This document shows positions 1 through 9,190 of a stretch of 63,305 bases of DNA, one piece after another; position 1 is the first letter of the stretch; each line of letters starts with the position of its first letter. The stretch comes from an uncultured Pseudomonadota bacterium (GTDB taxonomy: Bacteria; Pseudomonadota; Alphaproteobacteria; RF32; CAG-239). A program made the position numbers and the translations under genes. The notes under the pieces are model-generated. The model made no database searches and had not been told where the DNA came from. It saw only the letters and a list, made by a program, of their open reading frames with translations. Where the stretch lies: contig CADBEI010000014.1 in NCBI GenBank assembly GCA_902793695.1, positions 1 through 63,305 on the forward strand, written 5' to 3'.

Positions 1-657
1 GTTCATTCAATGTCTGATACTTCAGGTATTCCGGAAAGAATAAAAGAAGAAAACTACAAACGCGCCATTGATGCTGCCTTTACCATTCAGGTTAGCGATT
101 CGAATGGAAAAGTTTTTGATTTAAATGTTTATGATTATCTTACTCCGGAAAATAAGCAGTTGCTGACCAAAATAGCACCGCGGCACCAAATAAAAATTAA
201 CAATATTATTGCCCAAAATCGTGAGGAAATTATTGAAAATACGCAACAACGTTTATCGGATTGGCATAAAGTGGCTGAGCAAATAGCCGGTGTTAATCCG
301 AATTTAACGGTGGAAGAAGTTTTAAAAAAACAACACGATGATTTTATTAAATCGGCACGGGAATTTACTTTTCCGGGAAAAACCCACGGCCGTCGTCATG
401 ATGCCAAACACCGTGTTTCCGAGGTAATGGTTATGCCGAAATATGATGTGTATTTTCATCTGGCACCTGATTATTACGATTATATAGCCACTCAAAAGGC
501 CGCGGAAACTAATAAGCAGAAAATCGAACAAACCAGAGAACGTATACAGGGACAAAATAATAACTCGACATCTAAAAAAAATGCCGCGGATAAAGTACAA
601 TACCAAAAAAACGCCGCACGACATGCAAGGGAGGAGTATCTGACACTCCGACAATAA
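1..657 (+). CDS. hypothetical protein, possibly truncated at the window edge
   Basis: ORF 10..657. The frame stays open back to nt 1 (gtt cat tca). The C-terminus is K/Q/N-rich and I recognise no motif. Confidence 0.5.
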   Translation, partial: VHSMSDTSGIPERIKEENYKRAIDAAFTIQVSDSNGKVFDLNVYDYLTPENKQLLTKIAPRHQIKINNIIAQNREEIIENTQQRLSDWHKVAEQIAGVNPNLTVEEVLKKQHDDFIKSAREFTFPGKTHGRRHDAKHRVSEVMVMPKYDVYFHLAPDYYDYIATQKAAETNKQKIEQTRERIQGQNNNSTSKKNAADKVQYQKNAARHAREEYLTLRQ

Positions 658-729
658 TTTGTGAACGTTTAACCCTTCGGGCGGCAAAATGCAGAGTTTC
701 AAACATATTATTATTCAAATTTTTTATAT

Positions 730-1587
730 ATGGAAATAGATTTTAGAACCCAAGATTGGCTGGATGCTCAAACTGTGTTTGACTTTTTCCGCCACGAATC
801 TGACTGTATGGATAAATACGGCAGATTGTTGATTGAACCGCGTTTTGTGGTGGCAATCGGTGATGATCCGGTGTCGGCTTATTACGCCGCTACCATTGCC
901 AAACAAGCCAAGCGGCAATTCGGAAAATATCCGAACGTATTCTGCGTCGGAGGTTACGGACCGCTTTCCAAGCACCTTAACCGGCTGGATGACGGTACTA
1001 TGGTCAGCGAGGGAGCAAAGTTGCGTATGACGGTTATGCGACTGGGCAATTTTCAGACTACGGTGTTGGATAAAAGCAACAACATCAGCGATAACATCAA
1101 GGAAATCGCCGATTATCTGACTTGTAGGTTCTCATCAGGTTGTCCGCTCATTTTCTGCGTTACTCAACGGTTAAGCAAACTTTTGGAGCGCACTGTGGAA
1201 TTTTTACCGCAGCAGTTTCCGGAAATCGGAAGCCTGAACGCATATTATTACGTTCCGGGGGAAGATATCAGGGAAGTTTGCCAGATGTATAACGGTATGG
1301 CTCTTGCCGACGGATTACCGCTGCTATCGGAAGCTGCCGCTCTATATGACCGAGTCGGTACCGAACGTTACGCCGGTCGTTGTATTGCGGACTTTGACAG
1401 GATGATTCCCAAGCGTGTTATACAGGCCGGTATGCGTCTGTCCGAGAAGTATCCGTTGCGCGTTGCCCGCAGTCCGTTTATGGCACCGAGGCAATGTGGA
1501 AAATTATTTTTCAATGTGCTGAAACACCGCAAGGATGTTGAAGCCGATTATGAACAAAAAATTTTCGATTGGATTGCCAGAATTTAA
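730..1587 (+). CDS. DUF218/YdcF-like protein (putative)
   Basis: 285-aa ORF. 'VFCVGGYG' and 'SEGAKLRM..LG....LDKSNNISDNIKEI' resemble the GG / SEA..M / S.NT.EN signature of DUF218. Distant paralogue of 47866..49116. Confidence 0.45.
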   Translation: MEIDFRTQDWLDAQTVFDFFRHESDCMDKYGRLLIEPRFVVAIGDDPVSAYYAATIAKQAKRQFGKYPNVFCVGGYGPLSKHLNRLDDGTMVSEGAKLRMTVMRLGNFQTTVLDKSNNISDNIKEIADYLTCRFSSGCPLIFCVTQRLSKLLERTVEFLPQQFPEIGSLNAYYYVPGEDIREVCQMYNGMALADGLPLLSEAAALYDRVGTERYAGRCIADFDRMIPKRVIQAGMRLSEKYPLRVARSPFMAPRQCGKLFFNVLKHRKDVEADYEQKIFDWIARI

Positions 1588-1592
1588 AAATA

Positions 1593-1630
1593 ACCCTTGT
1601 CCGTAAAATCGGGCAGGGGTATTTTTTTTA
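1593..1630 (+). terminator. intrinsic terminator after 730..1587
   Basis: 11-bp stem acccttgtccg/cgggcaggggt (2 G-U pairs), 6-nt loop, followed by a run of eight T. Confidence 0.7.
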
Positions 1631-1640
1631 TTAAATATGC

Positions 1641-1670
1641 TTGACATCATTCTTGTATTGCACTAAAAAT
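1641..1670 (+). promoter_or_regulatory. sigma70-like promoter candidate
   Basis: TTGACA at 1641-1646, 17-nt spacer, then TAAAAA/T at 1664-1670. Confidence 0.45.
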
Positions 1671-1676
1671 AAAATA

Positions 1677-1924
1677 CCATTTGTATTATTATAATATAAT
1701 TAAACATTTAAATGTTGCATAGGGCGTTGTGAAACGTTTTATGTTGGGTATTTTTACGTGCAAACAGAGATGACCGTCAGTTGTGAAATTGACGCTTGTC
1801 ACTCGATGCGGCTGTCGACAGATACCCCCATCGAGCTGAATTTTCAGTATCAAAAGTATTTATTCGGAGCAAAGCGTTGCTCTTTTATAATCCTCCGTTT
1901 TATTGTTTTACGGAGGATTTTTTG
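1677..1924 (+). ncRNA. candidate small RNA or leader (unclassified)
   Basis: Lies between the promoter candidate and a strong terminator (9-bp stem aatcctccg/cggaggatt at 1889-1919 plus T-run). Hairpins at 1718-1743 and 1775-1794 are both capped by GTTGTGAAA (GUGA loops). Further hairpins at 1802-1835 and 1867-1882. The only ORFs here run through the terminator. Confidence 0.3.
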
Positions 1925-2013
1925 TTGTTTAAAATTTTACATACCATCAAGTTAAATTTTTTGATTGATTTATTGTAAGTTCGTTATATATTATGTTGTC
2001 AGGGAATGAAAAA

Positions 2014-2790
2014 ATGAAAAAGATATTTAAAATTTTATGCTATACAACCTGTTTGGCGGCGCTGTCTGCCACTCCGGTTTATGCCGAAGAAGAAAACGAT
2101 GAAGGCGTGTTGGAAAGTTATAACCGTGCCATGTTTACTTTTAACGCTATCGCCGACCACTATGTGATTAAGCCGGTAGCATTGGGATATCGTGCCGTTA
2201 CCAATGACTTTGTCCGCGAACGTGTGCGCAATTTCTTTGATAATATGAAAGAGCCGATTTCTGTGGTTAACCATACTTTACAGGGAGATTTACTTGATTC
2301 CGGAAAATCGTTGGGGCGCTTTTTGATAAATTCTACGCTGGGTTTGCTCGGTACTTTTGATGTGGCCTCAGGTTGGGGAATCTCCAAGAATCTGACGGAT
2401 TTTGACAGGACGCTTGCCGCTTGGTGCGTGCCGGACGGACCGTTCTTTATTTTGCCGTTATTCGGACCGAGCACTCCGCGTGCCACGGCCTCTATGGTTG
2501 CCGATGCTTATATGCACCCTGTTTATTGGGTGGGAAAATACTCATCATTCGGCGAGGATTGGGAACGTTATTCGTTCTACTATGGCATCAGTGCCCTCGG
2601 TTTTGTCAGTCTGCGTGAGGCAAATATCGAGTTTTTGGATAAATTGACCGCCAATTCGGTTGATCCGTACAGCACCATTAAATCGGCGTATATTCAGAAT
2701 CGTCTGAAAATAGGTGTTTGCGGCCAAAAAGAAGTTTCGGCCGAAGATGCCGGTTATGATTTTGATTTTGACGATATGGATGACGAATAA
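2014..2790 (+). CDS. mlaA: MlaA/VacJ family outer-membrane lipoprotein
   Basis: 'NRAMFTFNAIADHYVIKPVALGYR...FFDNMKEPISVVNHTLQGD...RFLINSTLGLLGTFDVAS' is the VacJ signature. Signal peptide MKKIFKILCYTTCLAALSA. Start moved to the internal ATG at 2014. Confidence 0.85.
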   Translation: MKKIFKILCYTTCLAALSATPVYAEEENDEGVLESYNRAMFTFNAIADHYVIKPVALGYRAVTNDFVRERVRNFFDNMKEPISVVNHTLQGDLLDSGKSLGRFLINSTLGLLGTFDVASGWGISKNLTDFDRTLAAWCVPDGPFFILPLFGPSTPRATASMVADAYMHPVYWVGKYSSFGEDWERYSFYYGISALGFVSLREANIEFLDKLTANSVDPYSTIKSAYIQNRLKIGVCGQKEVSAEDAGYDFDFDDMDDE

Positions 2791-2812
2791 TTTATTGGAA
2801 AGGAACTTAAAA

Positions 2813-3409
2813 ATGAAAAAGTTATTAGCATTTTTGTTTGCCGGTTTATTTATGTTTGGGGCAGAGGCAAATGCCGAAGTTAACGCCGCCAAGGCCGAGC
2901 AGTTTATTAAAGATGTTACCAAGCAGGGTATTGAAGAATTGGTCAACTCGGATATATCTGACAGCGAGAGAAGAGCACGTTTTACCAAGTTGTTCAATCA
3001 GGATTTGGACTTGGATTTTATCGGCAAGTTTGTGCTCGGACGTTATTGGCGTACCGCTACACCGAAACAGCGGAATGAATTTATTGACGTTTATCGCAAG
3101 CTGAACGTGCAAACTTGGTCGGAACGCTTTAATGACTTTAAGGGCAAACATTTTGAATTTTTGGGAACGGAAAATTCCAAGTCGCCGGACCAGGTGTTTG
3201 TAAATACTCAGGTTCCGATGCAGGAGGGAAAACCTGCTTCCGTAAAATGGAGAGTTAAAGAAACCAACGGCAATATGCGCATTGTCGATATCATTATCGA
3301 AAACGTCAGTTTGGCGCAAACATCACGCAGCGAATATACGTCATATATTCAAAAGTCGCCGAACGGTATTGACGGTTTGATTGCCGATTTGAAGGCAAAA
3401 CTGAAATAG
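2813..3409 (+). CDS. mlaC: MlaC/Ttg2D-like periplasmic phospholipid-binding protein
   Basis: Signal peptide MKKLLAFLFAGLFMFGAEANA, then 'FIGKFVLGRYWRTATPKQRNEFIDVY' typical of the toluene-tolerance Ttg2D/MlaC family. RBS ggaaaggaa precedes the ATG at 2813. Confidence 0.75.
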   Translation: MKKLLAFLFAGLFMFGAEANAEVNAAKAEQFIKDVTKQGIEELVNSDISDSERRARFTKLFNQDLDLDFIGKFVLGRYWRTATPKQRNEFIDVYRKLNVQTWSERFNDFKGKHFEFLGTENSKSPDQVFVNTQVPMQEGKPASVKWRVKETNGNMRIVDIIIENVSLAQTSRSEYTSYIQKSPNGIDGLIADLKAKLK

Positions 3410-3428
3410 TCAGTGAGTTATAAAAAAA

Positions 3429-3462
3429 AGGCCGTCGCTTATTTTAGAGCGGCGGCTTTTTT
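3429..3462 (+). terminator. intrinsic terminator after mlaC
   Basis: Stem gccgtcgc/gcggcggc followed by tttttt. Confidence 0.7.
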
Positions 3463-3557
3463 GTTTGGGGCGTAAATCGGTTGTACATTCTGCTTGACTT
3501 GTCGCGGTTTTTATACTAAAATTGCGCCCAATATGTTATAATTTAAAAATTATTTAT

Positions 3558-4472
3558 ATGGAAAATTTCAAAAAAATTGTGCCGCTTAATTCGTTTGAAC
3601 AAAACGAAAAAATGTTTTGGTATTGTTTGGAACACCATGAAATCGGGCGCTTTAAACAATTGGTGCAGAGCAATATGCCGCTGACGGCAGATATGCTGAC
3701 AACTCTGGTATTTTTTGGTTATTTCAAAGATACAATCAAAGAAGTGTTGACCTTAGTGACAAAGTACACGGTGCCGGTTATTGATTGGATGAGAGCCTAC
3801 TTTACGGTAGAGGAACTGGCCGACGTTTTGCCGTATTATCAGGATAAGCTGCCAGACGATTGGCCTACCGATGATGAGTGTCTGGAACTGAAGCTGTGGG
3901 AAACTCTGTGTCGGCGTCACAAATTTGATTTGGTGGCGCAAAATGCTCCGGAATTTCTTGAAAAAGAAGGTGAATGGATGACGTATTCCGATGTGTGCGT
4001 CGCGCTATTGAAGCAAAATTTTGCCAAGTATGCGCCGATGATGATGGAACAGAAGCGTTTTTCCTGTTTATTGGCTTTGAAAAACGGATGGAAATATCTG
4101 ATTGATAACGGAATGGCAATAAAGATATTGGAAATGAAAGATGCCTGCGGTTTGTTGCCAAAGGACGAAATTATCGATTATTGTCTGCAGAAACAGTTGT
4201 ATGAAGAGCTCTATCTTGCGGGGTGCGATGACAAGCTTTTGGAAAATAAAAAGTTTGACTTGTTTGTAAAACACCATAGTTTATACAATAAATTTCTGAC
4301 CGAATATCCGGAAGAAGTTGATTGGGAAGACTTGTGGAAGTATTATAAATACGATGCAAAATCGCGCAAGAAACTTTTGGAAAAAGCCAAGCTGAATAAG
4401 AAAGTGCCGAAGTGCTATGAATTTTTGATTAACCACTTAGGTCTTTGGGGACAATTTTGCTTGTTTATCTGA
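3558..4472 (+). CDS. hypothetical protein (W/C/E-rich, no TM segment)
   Basis: Long ORF. Start set at MENFKK (3558). I recognise no motif. Confidence 0.6.
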   Translation: MENFKKIVPLNSFEQNEKMFWYCLEHHEIGRFKQLVQSNMPLTADMLTTLVFFGYFKDTIKEVLTLVTKYTVPVIDWMRAYFTVEELADVLPYYQDKLPDDWPTDDECLELKLWETLCRRHKFDLVAQNAPEFLEKEGEWMTYSDVCVALLKQNFAKYAPMMMEQKRFSCLLALKNGWKYLIDNGMAIKILEMKDACGLLPKDEIIDYCLQKQLYEELYLAGCDDKLLENKKFDLFVKHHSLYNKFLTEYPEEVDWEDLWKYYKYDAKSRKKLLEKAKLNKKVPKCYEFLINHLGLWGQFCLFI

Positions 4473-4493
4473 TGTAATTAAAAAAATTATTTT

Positions 4494-4829
4494 ATGAAAA
4501 AAATGAAATTTGTCGGTACGGTGGATACTTTGTATTTCGTACCTAACGGCGAAAATGAAACGGCAGTTCTTTATCTGAACGTGACTGAAGAACAAAAACT
4601 TCCCGACGGGAAGGTCGAAAAATTGGAAAAGCCGAGGTGTATGCGCTTTATGCTGGATACTCGTGAAATACGAGGTTTAAGCAGTACTAAAGCCGTGTTT
4701 AGAGGCGACAAGATGTCTATTTACGTCAATGAAGCTTCCGATGGCGAATTTTCGTACAGTATCGGGCTGATTGAACATAATACATCGATTGTTGATGCTA
4801 TAGAATACGCCAGACACATATCCGATTGA
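4494..4829 (+). CDS. hypothetical small protein
   Basis: 111-aa ORF 22 nt after the previous gene, followed by a terminator. Confidence 0.55.
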   Translation: MKKMKFVGTVDTLYFVPNGENETAVLYLNVTEEQKLPDGKVEKLEKPRCMRFMLDTREIRGLSSTKAVFRGDKMSIYVNEASDGEFSYSIGLIEHNTSIVDAIEYARHISD

Positions 4830-4836
4830 ATCGTAG

Positions 4837-4877
4837 AACAAACGCTCTGTTTAAAAACGGGCGTTTGTTTTTTTTAT
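4837..4877 (+). terminator. intrinsic terminator
   Basis: 9-bp stem aacaaacgc/gcgtttgtt followed by a T-run. Confidence 0.7.
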
Positions 4878-4990
4878 GTGCAAAAGTTATTAAGTCGGCA
4901 AAAATGCTTGTTTTTTGAAAAAAAGCCCCTTAATATACGCGTAATTGAGACTACTTATATGAGAGTTTGTATTTTGTTTGGGATAATTAA

Positions 4991-6856
4991 ATGAAGTTTG
5001 GTAAAAGCGCTGTTATTTGGGTTTTGGTTCTTATCGGTCTTACGGCCTTTTTCAGTATGGCAGAAAAACGGACGATGACGGCCGCGACCGAAAGTGTGTC
5101 GTTTTCTGATTTTATGGATAACGTCAAGAATAAACGGGTTACAAATGTTTCCATCAGCGGGGCGGAAATATCGGGTATGACCGCCGATGGTAAAAAGTTT
5201 ACGACTTATGCGCCATACAGTCCGACTACGGTGGATACGTTGTTGGAAAACAATGTTAAAGTTGAGGCAAAACCGCAAGATACATCAACCGAAACTTTTT
5301 GGAGCGTTGTTATTTCATGGCTGCCGATGTTGCTTTTGGTCGGTGTATGGGTGTTTTTTATGCGTCAGGCCAGTGCCGGCAATAACAAAGCGTTGAGTTT
5401 CGGTAAATCACGTGCCAGATTAATAGAAAACAATAAGAAAGTTACATTTGCCGATGTGGCCGGTGCCGATGAATCCAAGCAGGAATTGGAGGAAATAATC
5501 GACTTTTTGAAAGACCCGATTAAGTTTCAGCGTTTGGGCGGAAAAATTCCGAAGGGTGTGTTGTTGGTGGGCCCTCCGGGAACCGGTAAAACCTTGCTGG
5601 CCAAGGCGGTTGCCGGCGAGGCCGATGTGCCGTTTTTCTCGATTTCCGGCTCCGATTTTGTGGAAATGTTTGTCGGTGTGGGCGCTTCGCGTGTACGTGA
5701 TATGTTTGAACAGGCCAAGAAAAACGCCCCGTGCATTTTGTTTATTGATGAAATTGATGCGGTCGGGCGTCATCGCGGTGCCGGTTTGGGCGGCGGTAAT
5801 GACGAGCGTGAGCAAACACTTAATCAACTGTTGGTGGAAATGGACGGCTTTGAACCGAATGAAAACGTTATTCTGATTGCAGCCACCAACCGTCCGGACG
5901 TGTTGGATCCGGCGTTGTTGCGACCGGGGCGTTTTGACCGTCAGGTTGTGGTTAGCAATCCGGATATTAAAGGGCGTGAAGCTATTCTTCATGTTCATGC
6001 ACGCAAAGTTCCGCTGGCTAAAGATGTGGATTTATCGGTAATTGCTCGCGGTACTCCGGGGTTTTCCGGTGCCGATTTGGCCAATTTGGTTAATGAAGCG
6101 GCTTTGTTGGCGGCGCGTCGTAATAAGCGCAAAGTGACGGCGCAAGACTTTGATAATGCCAAAGATAAAGTGTTGATGGGTAACGAACGCAAATCAATGG
6201 CAATGGATGAAGAAGAAAAGAAACTGACGGCTTATCACGAAGCCGGTCACGCCATTTGCTCGTTGCATGTACCGGAAACCGATCCTATTCACAAGGCGAC
6301 GATTATTCCGCGGGGACGTGCTCTCGGTATGGTGCAACAGTTGCCGGAAAAAGACCAATATTCGTACACTCGCGCCAAAATGTTATCGCGTTTGGTGATA
6401 TGTATGGGCGGCCGTGCCAGCGAGGAGTTGAAGTTTGGTTATGATAAAGTTACATCGGGCGCTTCGGCCGATATTTCGGCAGCAACAAACTTGGCTCGCT
6501 CCATGGTTACAGAATGGGGTATGAGTGATTTGTTGGGGCCGGTTTTGTATGCCGAAAATTCCAATGAAGTGTTTTTGGGCCGTGCCGTTACGCAAAACAA
6601 AAATATGAGTGAAGAAACTGCACGCTTGGTAGATGCCGAAATCAAACGTCTTTTGACCGAGGCACACGCACAAGCTACGGAAATTTTGAAAAAATATGAC
6701 AAAGAACTCGAAACATTGGCGCAAGCTCTGATTGAGTATGAAACGCTCTCCGGCGATGAAATCAAAGACGTTATTGCCGGAAAGTCGCTTAATCGCTCGG
6801 AGTATTCTCCGGTTCCGCCGGAAAAGCAGACCAAAGTTTCACTACCGGAAGTATAA
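4991..6856 (+). CDS. ftsH: ATP-dependent zinc metalloprotease FtsH
   Basis: Walker A GPPGTGKT, Walker [32 protein letters not shown], zinc site HEAGHA, N-terminal TM segments. Confidence 0.97.
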   Translation: MKFGKSAVIWVLVLIGLTAFFSMAEKRTMTAATESVSFSDFMDNVKNKRVTNVSISGAEISGMTADGKKFTTYAPYSPTTVDTLLENNVKVEAKPQDTSTETFWSVVISWLPMLLLVGVWVFFMRQASAGNNKALSFGKSRARLIENNKKVTFADVAGADESKQELEEIIDFLKDPIKFQRLGGKIPKGVLLVGPPGTGKTLLAKAVAGEADVPFFSISGSDFVEMFVGVGASRVRDMFEQAKKNAPCILFIDEIDAVGRHRGAGLGGGNDEREQTLNQLLVEMDGFEPNENVILIAATNRPDVLDPALLRPGRFDRQVVVSNPDIKGREAILHVHARKVPLAKDVDLSVIARGTPGFSGADLANLVNEAALLAARRNKRKVTAQDFDNAKDKVLMGNERKSMAMDEEEKKLTAYHEAGHAICSLHVPETDPIHKATIIPRGRALGMVQQLPEKDQYSYTRAKMLSRLVICMGGRASEELKFGYDKVTSGASADISAATNLARSMVTEWGMSDLLGPVLYAENSNEVFLGRAVTQNKNMSEETARLVDAEIKRLLTEAHAQATEILKKYDKELETLAQALIEYETLSGDEIKDVIAGKSLNRSEYSPVPPEKQTKVSLPEV

Positions 6857-6866
6857 GAGGTTAAAA

Positions 6867-7748
6867 ATGGATTTTAAAGAACTGGGATTATCCGAAAAAA
6901 CAATACAAGCCGTTACGGAAGCCGGAATTATCACGCCTACAACGGTGCAAGCCGATGTTATACCGTCGATTTTGCATGGCAAAGATGTGTTTACGATTGC
7001 TCCGGCCGGTTGTGGCAAAACATATTCGTATGTGTTGCCGCTGATTGATATTATTGCCGATAAAAAAGCGCATAATATTTTGATTATTACTTCGGGCGCG
7101 CAGGCTTCGGTTACCGTTTCCGACAGATTCGCCGTGTTTAACAAATACCACGAAATTACGGCCGGCAATGTTGACGATGTCGAAGAAAATATCGATGATG
7201 AAGCCAATGTGGTTATTGCATCGCCGAAACTGCTGTCCGATTTGTTGGATGAAGATAAAATCGACTTGTCGCAAACCGATGTTTTGGTGGTTGATGATAT
7301 CAATCTGATTAAAAAAACGCATCAACTGGAACAGTTGGAAAAAGTTTTAGCGGTTTTGCCGTCGGAAAAACAAAATATCGTTTATACCAATCGTCGTTCC
7401 AAAGAAACTCAGGCATTGTTGGATAAGATTTTGCAAACACCGGAAGAAATAAAAATCAACAAAGATGAGGAGTTGAAAGCAGGAGCTGAAGAAAACGCAT
7501 CTGCCGTTGCCGATACCCCGAAAGAGGTTATGCCGAAAGAAGTGTCGCAGCCGATACCGACACCACAGGCAGAGCCAAAAAAAGAAAAGGCTCGCAAAGA
7601 ATCCAAAACCGAGCCGAAAAAAGTTTTGCCGCGCCGCGAAAACAGTAAAGACGCCGAAGCTTTGAATTTGGTAAAAAGATACCATACTTTCGGACGCAAT
7701 ACACCGGCTTTTCTGCTGACGGCCACCGAACTGGTTGAAGATAATTAA
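6867..7748 (+). CDS. degenerate DEAD-box helicase N-domain-only protein with K/E/P-rich tail
   Basis: Q-motif 'PTTVQ' and Walker A 'APAGCGKT' are intact. Motif Ia (TSGAQA), Ib (SPKLL), II (VDDI for DEAD) and III (YTN for SAT) are degenerate. There is no RecA domain 2. RBS agagg precedes the ATG at 6867. Confidence 0.7.
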   Translation: MDFKELGLSEKTIQAVTEAGIITPTTVQADVIPSILHGKDVFTIAPAGCGKTYSYVLPLIDIIADKKAHNILIITSGAQASVTVSDRFAVFNKYHEITAGNVDDVEENIDDEANVVIASPKLLSDLLDEDKIDLSQTDVLVVDDINLIKKTHQLEQLEKVLAVLPSEKQNIVYTNRRSKETQALLDKILQTPEEIKINKDEELKAGAEENASAVADTPKEVMPKEVSQPIPTPQAEPKKEKARKESKTEPKKVLPRRENSKDAEALNLVKRYHTFGRNTPAFLLTATELVEDN

Positions 7749-7843
7749 TAAAATGTGTGTTTTTTTTGCAAAAAAAACTTGAAAAAAAATATATAATTAA
7801 GTTATAAAGGCGCATAACAGACGATTGAATTTAGGAGATAAAA

Positions 7844-8602
7844 ATGTCAGGACACTCGCAATTTAAAAACATTATGTATCGCAAGGGCGCTCAAGACGCC
7901 AAAAAAGCGCGCGTATTTGCCAAGCTCGCACGCGAAATTACCGTTGCCGCAAAAAGCGGCTTGCCGGAACCTGATAAAAACCCGCGTTTACGCTTGGCTA
8001 TTCAGGCCGCTCGTGCCGAAAGTATGCCGAAAGACAATATCGAACGCGCCATTGCCAAAGCAACCACGGTTGCCGGCGGTGCCGATTTCGTGTCTATGCG
8101 CTACGAAGGTTTTTCGCCGAATAAAGTTTCGGTTATCGTTGAAGCTCTGACCGATAATAAAAACCGTACGGCCGGTAATGTTCGGACGATTTTCGGCAAG
8201 CGCGGCGGTCAGATGGGTGAAAGCGGCTCGGTATTGTTTAACTTTGAGCGTATCGGCTATATTCAATATCCGGTCAGCGTTGCCGGTGCGGATGAAATGT
8301 TTGAGGCGGCTTTGGAGGCAGGTGCCAATGAAGTGGTAACCGATGAAGAAAATCACGAGATTGAGACTTTGCCGGATGATTTGTCGGCGGTAACCTCGGC
8401 TCTTGAAGCCAAATACGGCACTCCGTCAGCTTCGCGTTTGGATTGGAAACCGATGGTAAAAGTTGATATTACCGACATTGAAACCGCGCGCAAGTTTTTG
8501 GACTTTATCGATGCGTTGGAAGATGATGAAGATGTGCAACACGTTTATCACAATGCGGAAATTGCCGAAGATGTGATGAACGCGCTCGCCGGAGAAGAAT
8601 AA
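7844..8602 (+). CDS. yebC: YebC/PmpR family DNA-binding transcriptional regulator
   Basis: 'MSGHSQFKNIMYRKGAQDAKKA..FAKL.REITVAAK.G..DP..NPRLR' is the canonical N-terminus. Confidence 0.93.
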   Translation: MSGHSQFKNIMYRKGAQDAKKARVFAKLAREITVAAKSGLPEPDKNPRLRLAIQAARAESMPKDNIERAIAKATTVAGGADFVSMRYEGFSPNKVSVIVEALTDNKNRTAGNVRTIFGKRGGQMGESGSVLFNFERIGYIQYPVSVAGADEMFEAALEAGANEVVTDEENHEIETLPDDLSAVTSALEAKYGTPSASRLDWKPMVKVDITDIETARKFLDFIDALEDDEDVQHVYHNAEIAEDVMNALAGEE

Positions 8603-8605
8603 TTT

Positions 8606-9082
8606 ATGCGCATCTTAGGCTTAGACCCGAGTTTAACCTCGACCGGCTGGGGTGTGATTGATGTAAACGGAAACCGTCTGCAATATATTGCGGACGGTTT
8701 TATTCCGACTGACCCAAAAATGCCGATTGAAGACCGCTTGGAGATTATTTTTAAAACGCTTAACGATGTAATTACGGCATATCAACCGCAGGAGGCGGCG
8801 ATTGAAAAGACTTTCTTGAATAAGAATCCGGAAACTTCACTCAAATTGAGTATGGCACGCGGTGTGGTAATTTTGGCTGTGGGGCATAATCATTTGCCGC
8901 TGTATGAATTTGATCCGACTAAAGTTAAAAAAGCACTGGTCGGGGTAGGGCGTGCCGAAAAAACGCAGGTGGAAACGATGGTAAAGATTTTACTTCCGGG
9001 GTGTCAGCCCAAAAACAACGATTCGTCCGACGCTTTGGCTATGGCCATTACGCGCAGCCACTATCGTACTGCCGTGAAATAG
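8606..9082 (+). CDS. ruvC: crossover junction endodeoxyribonuclease RuvC
   Basis: 'MRILGLDPSLTSTGWGVI', 'AAIEKTF', 'DSSDALAMAI', and synteny with yebC. Confidence 0.93.
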   Translation: MRILGLDPSLTSTGWGVIDVNGNRLQYIADGFIPTDPKMPIEDRLEIIFKTLNDVITAYQPQEAAIEKTFLNKNPETSLKLSMARGVVILAVGHNHLPLYEFDPTKVKKALVGVGRAEKTQVETMVKILLPGCQPKNNDSSDALAMAITRSHYRTAVK

Positions 9083-9190
9083 CAGGCATTTGGTTTTGCA
9101 CTCGCATAAAATTAATCAATATCTTGATTTTTTGCAATAATTGTGCTAAAAATCACAAAAAATTAGCAACTTACAGAAAAGAACTACACA

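Noticed and set aside
1758-1978. Two overlapping 60-65-aa ORFs in the gap upstream of mlaA.
   Set aside because: Both read straight through a strong intrinsic terminator and have no RBS. The region is better explained as non-coding RNA or a leader.
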